A DNA stretch of 64,000 nt from a virus: the IMG/VR virus record IMGVR_UViG_2751185817_000001; one strand, 5' to 3'. Shown here piece by piece: positions 47,335 to 55,557 of the stretch (position 1 is its first letter; each line of letters begins with the position of its first letter). The notes under the pieces were generated by a model, which searched no databases, had not been told where the DNA came from, and was given only the letters and a program-made list of their open reading frames with translations. Both the position numbers and the translations under genes were made by a program.

Positions 47335-47528
47335 GCACGGTTAAACTGCGATTTATCAACGAAGACGCCACGCCTAAAGAGGTCGCGTTCGATGTCTCGA
47401 AGGATGGCGTCGCTCCGATCTTGTCCTGGTATGGCGGATATCACTCTGGCGACGATTACGTCGTCTATGTCGATGGCGTCAAAGCTGCGATTGATTTGAA
47501 TGGCGAACTGATCGCGGGGTTGGCATGA
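47331..47528 (+). CDS. hypothetical protein
   Basis: Coupled ORF. Confidence 0.65.
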   Translation: MSTVKLRFINEDATPKEVAFDVSKDGVAPILSWYGGYHSGDDYVVYVDGVKAAIDLNGELIAGLA

Positions 47529-47995
47529 GAACTGACGAGCAGATCGTCATGGAGACGAACGACCTGGCGCGGCATCTGCTGGCCGAGGTGATTGGCACTG
47601 GCTACCAGGTGCCCGAGGATCACAAGTTCTGGAAGGCGGAAGACCCGCGCTCGCAGAAGGCTTGGCAGCACGCCGTCAAGATCATGGAGATGACGACCAA
47701 GACCGAGGTCGAGGACGCGCTCAATAATTTCCTCGCCGAGAATGACAATCCGATCCGGCGCTACCGAGCTCCGACTGGCGCGATGATCATCGGCACTGCC
47801 GAGACCGTGCCGGCCTGCGCCCTCATCAACGGTATCGCGGCCGACGGAACGCCGGACTTTGCTGGCGAAACCAAGTGCTATTGGGACGGTCAGCTCACGA
47901 ACCGCGGAGCAGAAGGCAAGCCGATGTTCCAGTGCGATGATGGACAAGAATGGACCTTCGACCAGCTCACGCCGATCGAGGAGGAAGTCGAATGA
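47525..47995 (+). CDS. hypothetical protein
   Basis: Coupled ORF. Confidence 0.7.
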   Translation: MRTDEQIVMETNDLARHLLAEVIGTGYQVPEDHKFWKAEDPRSQKAWQHAVKIMEMTTKTEVEDALNNFLAENDNPIRRYRAPTGAMIIGTAETVPACALINGIAADGTPDFAGETKCYWDGQLTNRGAEGKPMFQCDDGQEWTFDQLTPIEEEVE

Positions 47996-48390
47996 GGGTG
48001 AAGCTTGAGCTCATTCCTATCACTGATGACGCTGATACCGAGGATATGAAGATCTTCGACTTCACGTCGCCCGAGAACGTCCTGATCGAGGTCGTGATGC
48101 ACGACCCGGCTGGTCCCACGGATAAGTGGACCAACTTCAGCATCGAGTCGACCACGGTCATTTCGGGCAAGGAGGGCGTGACCGGTGCCGCGGAATACGA
48201 GCGCTGCTATGGCGCCGGTCTCGACTACACCATTCAGCAGATCATCGATCCGCCTGGCGAAGGCTGGTTCGTGATCGTCGGTATGACCGGTCACTACAGC
48301 CGCGGTGACGGCTGGATGACTGACGACGACATGGAGTTCTACCACGAGGCCGTGCGGCCGGCGATAGAAGAGGAGATCAAACTCGCATGA
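47992..48390 (+). CDS. acidic hypothetical protein
   Basis: GGAGG RBS, ATG 47992. Confidence 0.7.
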   Translation: MRVKLELIPITDDADTEDMKIFDFTSPENVLIEVVMHDPAGPTDKWTNFSIESTTVISGKEGVTGAAEYERCYGAGLDYTIQQIIDPPGEGWFVIVGMTGHYSRGDGWMTDDDMEFYHEAVRPAIEEEIKLA

Positions 48391-48680
48391 ACCTGAAATT
48401 CGAAACCACCCAGCGCGGCTTTGCCGTCGCCACCTTTACCGATCGCTACGGCGAGGAGTGCAGTCTTCAGGCATCATCCCTCGCTACCGAGGCTGCGATC
48501 TGGTTCGGGATCGACAATCCGAAGGTGCAGGTCTGCGTTCCTGGTGAGGGTTGGAAGGACGTCCCGGTGCCGCATGGTTCGGTAATCTCGAGTCGAATGC
48601 ATCTGACCCAGGATCAGGTGAAGGCGCTGTTGCCGGCGCTCACCTTGTTCGCTGAGACGGGCGATCTTCCCAGTGAGTAA
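48387..48680 (+). CDS. conserved phage hypothetical protein
   Basis: TQRGF...FTDRYGEECSLQASSLATEAAIWFG...RMHLTQDQVKALLP. Confidence 0.7.
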   Translation: MNLKFETTQRGFAVATFTDRYGEECSLQASSLATEAAIWFGIDNPKVQVCVPGEGWKDVPVPHGSVISSRMHLTQDQVKALLPALTLFAETGDLPSE

Positions 48681-48864
48681 ATACGACCCGAATTGCCCAT
48701 CCTGCGAGGGAACCGGCCTGCGTGACTCAGGCGGCACTCATCCGTGGGGAGAACCTATCTCCCTACCCTGCGACTGCGACCAACCCTCGCCGGCCGATCC
48801 CACCGACTTTGCCAGGCGCCTTCTCATCGAGGACGCTGTGATCATGGAGCATCTCAAGAAATGA
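48673..48864 (+). CDS. zinc-finger hypothetical protein
   Basis: CPSCEGTG...PCDC. Confidence 0.6.
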   Translation: MSKYDPNCPSCEGTGLRDSGGTHPWGEPISLPCDCDQPSPADPTDFARRLLIEDAVIMEHLKK

Positions 48865-49055
48865 AACAGGTCGACAACAACCTCGCTGTCTTCCGGCTCG
48901 CCCTGGCGCTAAAGCGCTATGACGACTCCAACCCCGACGTGGGCATGGGGTCGAGCCTTAACCACTTTATCGATCAGGCCGGCAGGGAGCTTCGCCTGGA
49001 GCCGTCGGACTACGACGCCAAGCATGTGTTTGACCTGATGCGGGCGGATCGCTGA
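48861..49055 (+). CDS. hypothetical protein
   Basis: ATGA overlap, ATG 48861. Confidence 0.6.
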   Translation: MKQVDNNLAVFRLALALKRYDDSNPDVGMGSSLNHFIDQAGRELRLEPSDYDAKHVFDLMRADR

Positions 49056-49300
49056 TGGGCGTTTGGCGATATTGCGGGTGCGGCCAGGGCACCTCCTTCC
49101 CCGACGCGGAGGAGCATATCCAGGGATTTCAGAGCTGCGCCAACTGCGGCAAAGAGGTGCCCGTGCATGAGGACGAACGGCGACGGTTCTTCCTCGAAAT
49201 GCATGAGCGCCTCGTCGAGGTCGAGCGCCAGATGAAACTCTTGGTCGAGATCACCAAGAAAGTGGCGCGGAAAACCTACCCCAAGATCGGTTCGACCTGA
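49055..49300 (+). CDS. zinc-ribbon hypothetical protein
   Basis: CGCG...CANCG. Confidence 0.65.
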   Translation: MGVWRYCGCGQGTSFPDAEEHIQGFQSCANCGKEVPVHEDERRRFFLEMHERLVEVERQMKLLVEITKKVARKTYPKIGST

Positions 49301-49770
49301 TGAGCAAGCCACTCGATCAGGTGACAGACGAGGATCTCGCCCGCAACGGTCTGGCTGACTTCTCGATCAATCCGCGGCCAATCATGCCGTGGCGCACAGA
49401 GAACGAACGCTTGACCGGCGTAGCACCGACACCCGAGGAGTGGTCCGCAATCGTCCAGGCTGCCGACAATCCAGTCGAGAAACACGAATTGACGCCTGCC
49501 TGGCCTGCAGATTGGCAATGGCACGAGGGTATGTCGACCAACGGCGATATCTACGTCATGTCGCGCAAAGAGACGGGCGAAGTCGCGATCTGGATTTGGG
49601 CTGCCGGTATGCCGCAGTGGGCGATCCTCGAGCGCTTCGGCTTCATCATGCTCGCCAATCGGCGCCTGAACGAGATCAGAGAAGCTGTTCGCCGCGGTGA
49701 AACCACGATCATAGAGCTTACCCAGGAGCTCCGATCCCGCTTTGACCATCCCAACTACGGAAGATTCTAA
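49300..49770 (+). CDS. hypothetical protein ending HPNYGRF
   Basis: TGATG overlap. Confidence 0.7.
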   Translation: MSKPLDQVTDEDLARNGLADFSINPRPIMPWRTENERLTGVAPTPEEWSAIVQAADNPVEKHELTPAWPADWQWHEGMSTNGDIYVMSRKETGEVAIWIWAAGMPQWAILERFGFIMLANRRLNEIREAVRRGETTIIELTQELRSRFDHPNYGRF

Positions 49771-49779
49771 GGAGACAAC

Positions 49780-49968
49780 ATGGAACAGCAGATGATTGAC
49801 TGGATTGAGGCGAACACAACGCTGCATCGCACCGTCGAATTTCTCTACGTGGTGGATGGCTACGAATGCACGGTGTGCCACGATGATCACCCTATTGCCG
49901 GACCGTTCAAGGGTGAAACCCTTCGCGAAGCGGTAGCGAAGGCGATGGTTGGCGTCATCTCAGCTTAA
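49780..49968 (+). CDS. hypothetical protein
   Basis: AGGAG RBS. Confidence 0.65.
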   Translation: MEQQMIDWIEANTTLHRTVEFLYVVDGYECTVCHDDHPIAGPFKGETLREAVAKAMVGVISA

Positions 49969-50089
49969 CTATCGATACTTGAAAGTTATCGATAGTGAAG
50001 GGTCTGCGAAACCGACCGTCCGGCTGACGGAAGTTAAGATTCCGCCCACTTCCGTTTACGACACATTAACCATGGTTATCAATGGTTTG

Positions 50090-50350
50090 TTAACGTGGCG
50101 CTCGCCGCATGATCCACTGGTTTGAGCCTTTGTTGCCGCACTTGCGACAGCGCAGCAGTGGCCGGAGCTGCGAGATATAGCTCCTGGCGCCGTAGCGTCG
50201 CTGAAGCTCCCAGCGATCGACCCACCCTTCACGCTCACACTTCGAACACCTGCCGCCCAGTTCGACATATTCGGCCAAGGAATCGAAGGTCGGCAGCGCC
50301 TGGTGCGGCAGCTCGTAGGTGATCAGGTCAATTCCTCGGCGGTGCTTCAT
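50090..50350 (-). CDS. zinc-ribbon protein, lone minus-strand gene
   Basis: CSKC...LRCRKCG; likely ATG at 50350. Confidence 0.6.
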   Translation of the reverse strand: MKHRRGIDLITYELPHQALPTFDSLAEYVELGGRCSKCEREGWVDRWELQRRYGARSYISQLRPLLRCRKCGNKGSNQWIMRRAPR

Positions 50351-50852
50351 GTTCTCATTTTGTTCACCTGCCCTGCCAGAGTCAACCGTGCGCTGCCTAC
50401 CGCAATCCGCAATCGAACGTGCGATAAACAATCATCAACAGCAAACGAGAGCGAAACGACATGAATGAGGCGCACTGCAAATGACTTGGCATTAGATCAG
50501 AGGGTGGCTACCTCGACTACAAATAGCCCGGCGACGAAGATAGCGCCGTCACGCTCATACGGTAGGCAGACCGCTACAATAGGAGATGGGCAGCGCAAAA
50601 GAGCCCTACCTCCCGGCTGCTGAGTCCGAAAGTCGCCCCACCATTTCGGTTAGCCTGGGTGAAAACAGCTCAACCCTCATGCCTTGATTATCCGGCCCGC
50701 CTTTGTAGTAGGCCTCGTGCCGGCCGTCCGGAGATCATTGTCGAGGAATTTGCTTGAGTGCTCACGATCCGCTCCCACGTCAGCCTAAGAACCGTCAGTA
50801 GTCGGAGACGGTCTGAAACCGGAGCGAGATCAATGAACACTCGGAGATCAAA

Positions 50853-51134
50853 ATGACCTTTTCCGAACTTATCGCGCAGAATATCAAAGTCGAATACGCG
50901 GACGACGCTAGCTGTGATGCCGTCATGACGGTGATGGACCTGCTCAACGCCCTCGGCGCGTCCGATGCGGCCGAGGTGATCGATGTGCTTATGAGCCACC
51001 AGTCGTTCGTCGTGGATGAACCTGTCAGCCGCTTCACCTATTCGTTGACGGATGACCCGGTTACTCCGGTCTCTACCGGCTACAAGCCGACGTCCGTTCT
51101 GGTCGACGGACGTGTTTTTCCGATCAAATACTGA
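50853..51134 (+). CDS. hypothetical protein
   Basis: GGAG RBS. Confidence 0.65.
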   Translation: MTFSELIAQNIKVEYADDASCDAVMTVMDLLNALGASDAAEVIDVLMSHQSFVVDEPVSRFTYSLTDDPVTPVSTGYKPTSVLVDGRVFPIKY

Positions 51135-51259
51135 CGCAGCCTGATATAACGCAGAGATTCGAGGGCGAAAGCAGCGTGCGTCGAGCCAGCCGGCGCGTCG
51201 GTGAGGATGGGCCACACCGACACAGGCGAGTGCCTCGCCCTCGATTACGGAGGTGATCT

Positions 51260-51349
51260 ATGTGGTTTCTACCATTTAGCATCACGCTGACGTTAAGGAA
51301 AACCCGCACGAGCTGGCAAGCGACCGTGCGGGTTCAATTCTTTAGCTAA
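51260..51349 (+). CDS. 29-aa peptide MWFLPFSITLTLRKTRTSWQATVRVQFFS (below ORF-track cutoff)
   Basis: Strong GGAGGTGA Shine-Dalgarno; flanked by hairpins. Confidence 0.55.
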   Translation: MWFLPFSITLTLRKTRTSWQATVRVQFFS

Positions 51350-51503
51350 GCAGTAAAGCGGCAGGTGGGGTTCGCGCTCCACCTGTCACTCCGGTTAACA
51401 TAGCCCGGCGCCCCTTGGTTTTCAATACCGCGCGCTGCCTGCCGCAATCCTCGTTCTGTCGTGCGAAAACAAATCATCGAAACGCAAGCGAGAGAGCGAC
51501 ACG

Positions 51504-51941
51504 ATGATACAGCAGAGCGAACTCAAGATCTCCATTCACAACGAGTGCGTCTACGCAGGCTCGGAATACTTTCACATTCGCACCATGCTGCCGCAGACGC
51601 TGAACGACGCGCTCGTTCACGCAATGAAGAACACGCGCACCTGCGGCTTTGACCAGATGGCAAAGCTCGGTGACATGGACATAAACGTCTACGACGGCGA
51701 CGAGGAAGATGGCGAACTGATCTGGTTTTCCTTCAGGCTCGGCAACGTCGGCATGAACTTCTCGGCGCGGCAGGAAGGCTTGCAGCTCGACATGAGCTGC
51801 GAAAAGCACGCACACGGCGACGACGCGCTCGACTGGACGGCATGGCGCGAGCAATGCGCAGGCAAGCTGCCGGACGACTTCTGGATTGAGCCTGCGGCGA
51901 TCCTGCGCAAACTCCTGGCGCTCGCAGCAACGCAGCACTAA
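51504..51941 (+). CDS. hypothetical protein
   Basis: Downstream of promoter motif at 51443. Confidence 0.65.
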   Translation: MIQQSELKISIHNECVYAGSEYFHIRTMLPQTLNDALVHAMKNTRTCGFDQMAKLGDMDINVYDGDEEDGELIWFSFRLGNVGMNFSARQEGLQLDMSCEKHAHGDDALDWTAWREQCAGKLPDDFWIEPAAILRKLLALAATQH

Positions 51942-52053
51942 AAGGCAGTCAGGCGCTCATCGGCGCCTTTCTGGCCGGCCGATCCCATGGATATCCGCTT
52001 GCACGCCCTACACACGGCCTCTATTTGCTTCTCAACAGCAACCGAGGCCAATT

Positions 52054-52350
52054 ATGAAGCACATCATTGCAACCGCACTCCTGATCCTCTCCAGCGCGCC
52101 AGCCATGGCGACAGAGATCACAGATGACACGCCGGCCCGGCCGATCACCATCGCCAAGGAAGAAGGCGACCTTAATCGCGTCGTCATCACCAACAACGTT
52201 CTGCCCATGGCGAAATGCAAAGAGATGCTCGAGGCAAATGCCGAGGAGCTCAAGGCATCCGCGGTGATGATCCTGTGCGTGCCGGCAGACCTGACCGATG
52301 CCAAGGATCTGTTTATTGGCGATCTGCCGCTTATCGATCTCACCAAGTAA
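52054..52350 (+). CDS. secreted hypothetical protein
   Basis: Signal peptide MKHIIATALLILSSAPAMA. Confidence 0.7.
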   Translation: MKHIIATALLILSSAPAMATEITDDTPARPITIAKEEGDLNRVVITNNVLPMAKCKEMLEANAEELKASAVMILCVPADLTDAKDLFIGDLPLIDLTK

Positions 52351-52433
52351 CGCCGCGCGCATCCAGATTTCTATCCGCGAACGGTCGTGCGATAAGAGAT
52401 CATCGAAACATGAGAGCACGACGAGGTCGATGC

Positions 52434-52781
52434 ATGAACGAAACTGCCGAGGGCTTGAAGGTCCGTTTGTTGCCACGCGAGCTGGACGATGAAGGCATCT
52501 TCTGGACGAAGCGACACGAAGACACGGCGAACCTCATGATTAGCTTGGCACAACATCACGAGGCGCCGGTTCTCACCATCACCCAGGTCAAGCGCCGCTC
52601 CGCGCACAATGCCTTGCCGGTCATTGGCACGATCTACGATCAGCCGGCGCCTAGCAGACACCGCTCCAAGCGGTTGTGGAAGAAGCTGCGGCGCAAAACG
52701 GTAAGACCGCTCTATGGCGAGCCCTTGCAGATCATCCTGGACTACGACCGCTTCAAGCATCTGTTCAAGGAGAATGCATGA
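52434..52781 (+). CDS. hypothetical protein
   Basis: GAGG RBS, ATG 52434. Confidence 0.6.
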   Translation: MNETAEGLKVRLLPRELDDEGIFWTKRHEDTANLMISLAQHHEAPVLTITQVKRRSAHNALPVIGTIYDQPAPSRHRSKRLWKKLRRKTVRPLYGEPLQIILDYDRFKHLFKENA

Positions 52782-53119
52782 CCCACGTTATCAGAGTGCC
52801 CTCGGTGTATGACCGCCCTGGTCATGCCTGCTGGGTGGTTAAGCATCCGGATCCGACCTACTGCGCTGAATGGTTCGCCATCTACAACCACGAGACCGAC
52901 CAGTTTAAGCTGGATCGCGACGGTAAGATCAAGCGCTACTGGCAGGGCGGTCTAAGCCTTGCCGGTTACGACATGGACAACGACAGTGTCTGGCTCAAAG
53001 AGCTGCCGGACAGAGCCGATCATCTGAAATACGGTCCCTTCGACGCCGAGGCGCGCAACAAGGAGATCGACGCCGAGCTCCGCGCTCAAGGTATCAAAAT
53101 CCCAGGAGAAGAGAATTGA
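52778..53119 (+). CDS. hypothetical protein
   Basis: AGGAG RBS, ATGA overlap. Confidence 0.65.
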   Translation: MTHVIRVPSVYDRPGHACWVVKHPDPTYCAEWFAIYNHETDQFKLDRDGKIKRYWQGGLSLAGYDMDNDSVWLKELPDRADHLKYGPFDAEARNKEIDAELRAQGIKIPGEEN

Positions 53120-53331
53120 CCTACCAGGTATCCATCACCACCAACGTCAAGGCTGACGACGACAAGCACGCCGCGCTCGAAGCCTACAAGGCAATCATGA
53201 GCACGCATGAGCGCAAGACCATTACCCTGGCCGTGCGCAACGCCGCGGGTATCGTCAAGGACGTCACACTCGACATCGAGGAGGCAGACGACTACGCCGG
53301 CTTCACACCGCCGACCGGCTGCATGGGCTAA
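53116..53331 (+). CDS. hypothetical protein
   Basis: GGAG RBS, TTG start overlapping upstream stop. Confidence 0.6.
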   Translation: MTYQVSITTNVKADDDKHAALEAYKAIMSTHERKTITLAVRNAAGIVKDVTLDIEEADDYAGFTPPTGCMG

Positions 53332-53605
53332 TCACCTACAGGAGAGGCCTTACCACCCTCTCCTGCCGCGCAGCGGGCGGTCGTGGCAGCGTGAAACAAC
53401 ACCCGCAGGCCAGAGACAAGGATCCGCATTCCACCTTGTTGATCTGCCACAGGAACTTCCGGAGCGTCACTGCAATGGCGCCTCGGTAGAAGTAGGGCGG
53501 CATCTACCCGCCTTTTCCTGTGGCAGCAACACGCCATGGCTGATCGCTCGACAAGCCCACACCGCCCGGCTAGGCTCCGCTCGTCAACCAACCAGCGAGC
53601 AAACC

Positions 53606-53836
53606 ATGACCAGCCGCAATGAGCTCTACAAATACCTCGCCAAATCCCTGATCAAGAACGGCGCACTGAACAAAGGCGAAGTCGGCCTGAGCAGCAACGG
53701 ATCCATGTTCATCCGGATCGCCGACCAGGTGTTCAAGGTCGAGGTCGAGGAGATCACCCAGATCGCCCAGCATCCGAACGCCGAGGTCGAGGCAAAACGC
53801 TTCATGAGCACCCTGCCCCACCCAGTCACCGAGTAG
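53606..53836 (+). CDS. hypothetical protein
   Basis: ATG 53606, phage-like codon usage. Confidence 0.6.
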   Translation: MTSRNELYKYLAKSLIKNGALNKGEVGLSSNGSMFIRIADQVFKVEVEEITQIAQHPNAEVEAKRFMSTLPHPVTE

Positions 53837-53880
53837 CGCGCTCGACAAGATTCCACCTATGCGCTAGGTCTCACGTATCC

Positions 53881-54132
53881 ATGAACGCAAGGGGAACAGC
53901 CATGATCCGTCAACCAAAGCAACTCACACCCTATGCCGATCGTGACCTCGACTGCCAGCAAGCGCTCCAGTCCACCTTCAACCAGGCGCTACACCTCGCC
54001 GAGCAATACGGCTGGACCAGGCAAGAGGCAGCAGCCGCTCTCCAGGAGCTCGCCTACGCACATCTCGCCATAGAGGAAGAGAGCCGCCTCACCACGCTCA
54101 CGCTAGAGCAGACCAGCCATGCTCGTCACTAA
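53881..54132 (+). CDS. hypothetical protein
   Basis: YADRDLDCQQAL...AEQYGWTRQEAAAAL, typical of small rhizobial proteins; start may be ATG 53902. Confidence 0.6.
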   Translation: MNARGTAMIRQPKQLTPYADRDLDCQQALQSTFNQALHLAEQYGWTRQEAAAALQELAYAHLAIEEESRLTTLTLEQTSHARH

Positions 54133-54343
54133 TTACCAGCTTCCACCCGAAGTCGCCGCAAGGATCATCCGGATCGACGCCGAGATCCATCGCATCGTCT
54201 ATAGCCGTGACCAGCTCCTCGCTCGTGACGGCGCACCCTCTCCGGAAATGTCCAGCCTCATCGAATACTACACGGACCGGATAGGCGAGCTACTCACAGA
54301 GAAGGACAACGCTCTCGAGATCCTCGATCCGGATCTGCTGTAA
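54119..54343 (+). CDS. hypothetical protein
   Basis: Coupled ORF ending before a hairpin. Confidence 0.55.
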   Translation: MLVTNYQLPPEVAARIIRIDAEIHRIVYSRDQLLARDGAPSPEMSSLIEYYTDRIGELLTEKDNALEILDPDLL

Positions 54344-54362
54344 GGCACGGTCCACTCTCTAC

Positions 54363-54390
54363 GAGGCCGGTCCATCAACACACCGGCCTC
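54363..54390 (+). terminator. GC hairpin closing the accessory operon
   Basis: GAGGCCGG/CCGGCCTC stem; lacks a clear U tail. Confidence 0.5.
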
Positions 54391-54399
54391 CTCATACCT

Positions 54400-55440
54400 G
54401 GTTGACAGCGGTTGACACGAAAACAGCCATATTTGTCTAGTGAGCATCTCATTTAGGCGTCTTCCGTTGACGTAAGTTTACGCCAGGTTGACAAACGCCC
54501 TCCCAAATTAAAATTTTCCCTCTGTCAACCAAATCGCAGCTCATCTCCAGCGAACACCAAAACGCTCAGAGAAGCGCACAGACTCGCTCCAGAAGCGTAA
54601 GCGATCAGAGAGACGCAACAACTCACCCAACACACTCAGCAAGCAATCTCGTCAACGCTACACGCTAGACCAACGCACAGAGCGCAACACTCGGCCAGAC
54701 AACGCGCGAAAGACAGAAAGCAGACACACCACGGCTCACTAGAGAGACAGCACACCTAGAGAGCACGCATGAGCCTATAGAGCAGATCATGGTGTATGTG
54801 AGAGACAGCACCGGTGTGTAGGTGAGTAGTAGAGAGCGCAGATGCGTGTGGAGTGTGTAGATCGTAGAGAAGATAGGAATCGTAGCGAGTGGGTGGGTGT
54901 GCCGCGCCATGCCTTCTACTCCTCTTACAATCCTACACCGCCCTACCCTTCCTCACCACGCCAGCATGAGCCGCGCTCAGCCGTCTTCAACCCCAACAAC
55001 TCAGCGTTATCTTCAATTTTACGCAAATCACACGCGTAGCAGGCGATCGTCCGTCGTTCTGTTGGTTACATGCAGCGTGATCGCCAGCGACAGCGGTCCT
55101 TCTCTAAGGCGGGTCATGACGACTCGCCTTTCTTTTTGTCCTCGAAAATCCAGGAACCAGGCGCGTCCGCTCCATAAGACGGAAACCGTGAACCAATACC
55201 GATCGAGCGGCCGAGCCATGGAGAAACCGTGCCAGGCCGGAGGAGATCCATGGAGAGCCGCGGAAGACCATGGGTGCGCCGTGGCTAGCCGGGAGCCGTC
55301 GACCATGGCGAGAGGAGTCTTCACGCCGGAGAGTGAGCAATCCGGTCCGTCTCCCTTCTTAGTTTATATTCTCTATTACAGTAGTATCTATACATAGAAG
55401 GGAGACGGCACGGAACGTGTCAGAATTGTGATCTCTCCGG
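54400..55440. other. about 1 kb non-coding region, candidate replication origin or packaging region
   Basis: No credible ORF; GGTTGACA repeats, strand-skewed TT-free tract, CCATGG cluster, nested inverted repeats around an AT-rich core. Confidence 0.5.
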
Positions 55441-55557
55441 CTTGAAGCGTGCCGACCTTCGCCTGCCCTATCCAGATTCTCTGCCTACTGAAGACGTGAG
55501 ACTGTCTGTTCATCGAAAGCGAACGACTTTCCGATCAACGTCAACAGGAGACAGACA

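Noticed and set aside
50470-50645. tmRNA (GCAAATGAC = AND; CCACCA at about 50638)
   Set aside because: No T arm before the CCA, no G3-U70 pair, wrong spacing, and the AND frame does not end in ALAA-stop.
55347-55408. N15-like telomere resolution site
   Set aside because: The centre is a 36-nt non-palindromic spacer rather than a continuous palindrome, and no protelomerase is visible in the window.
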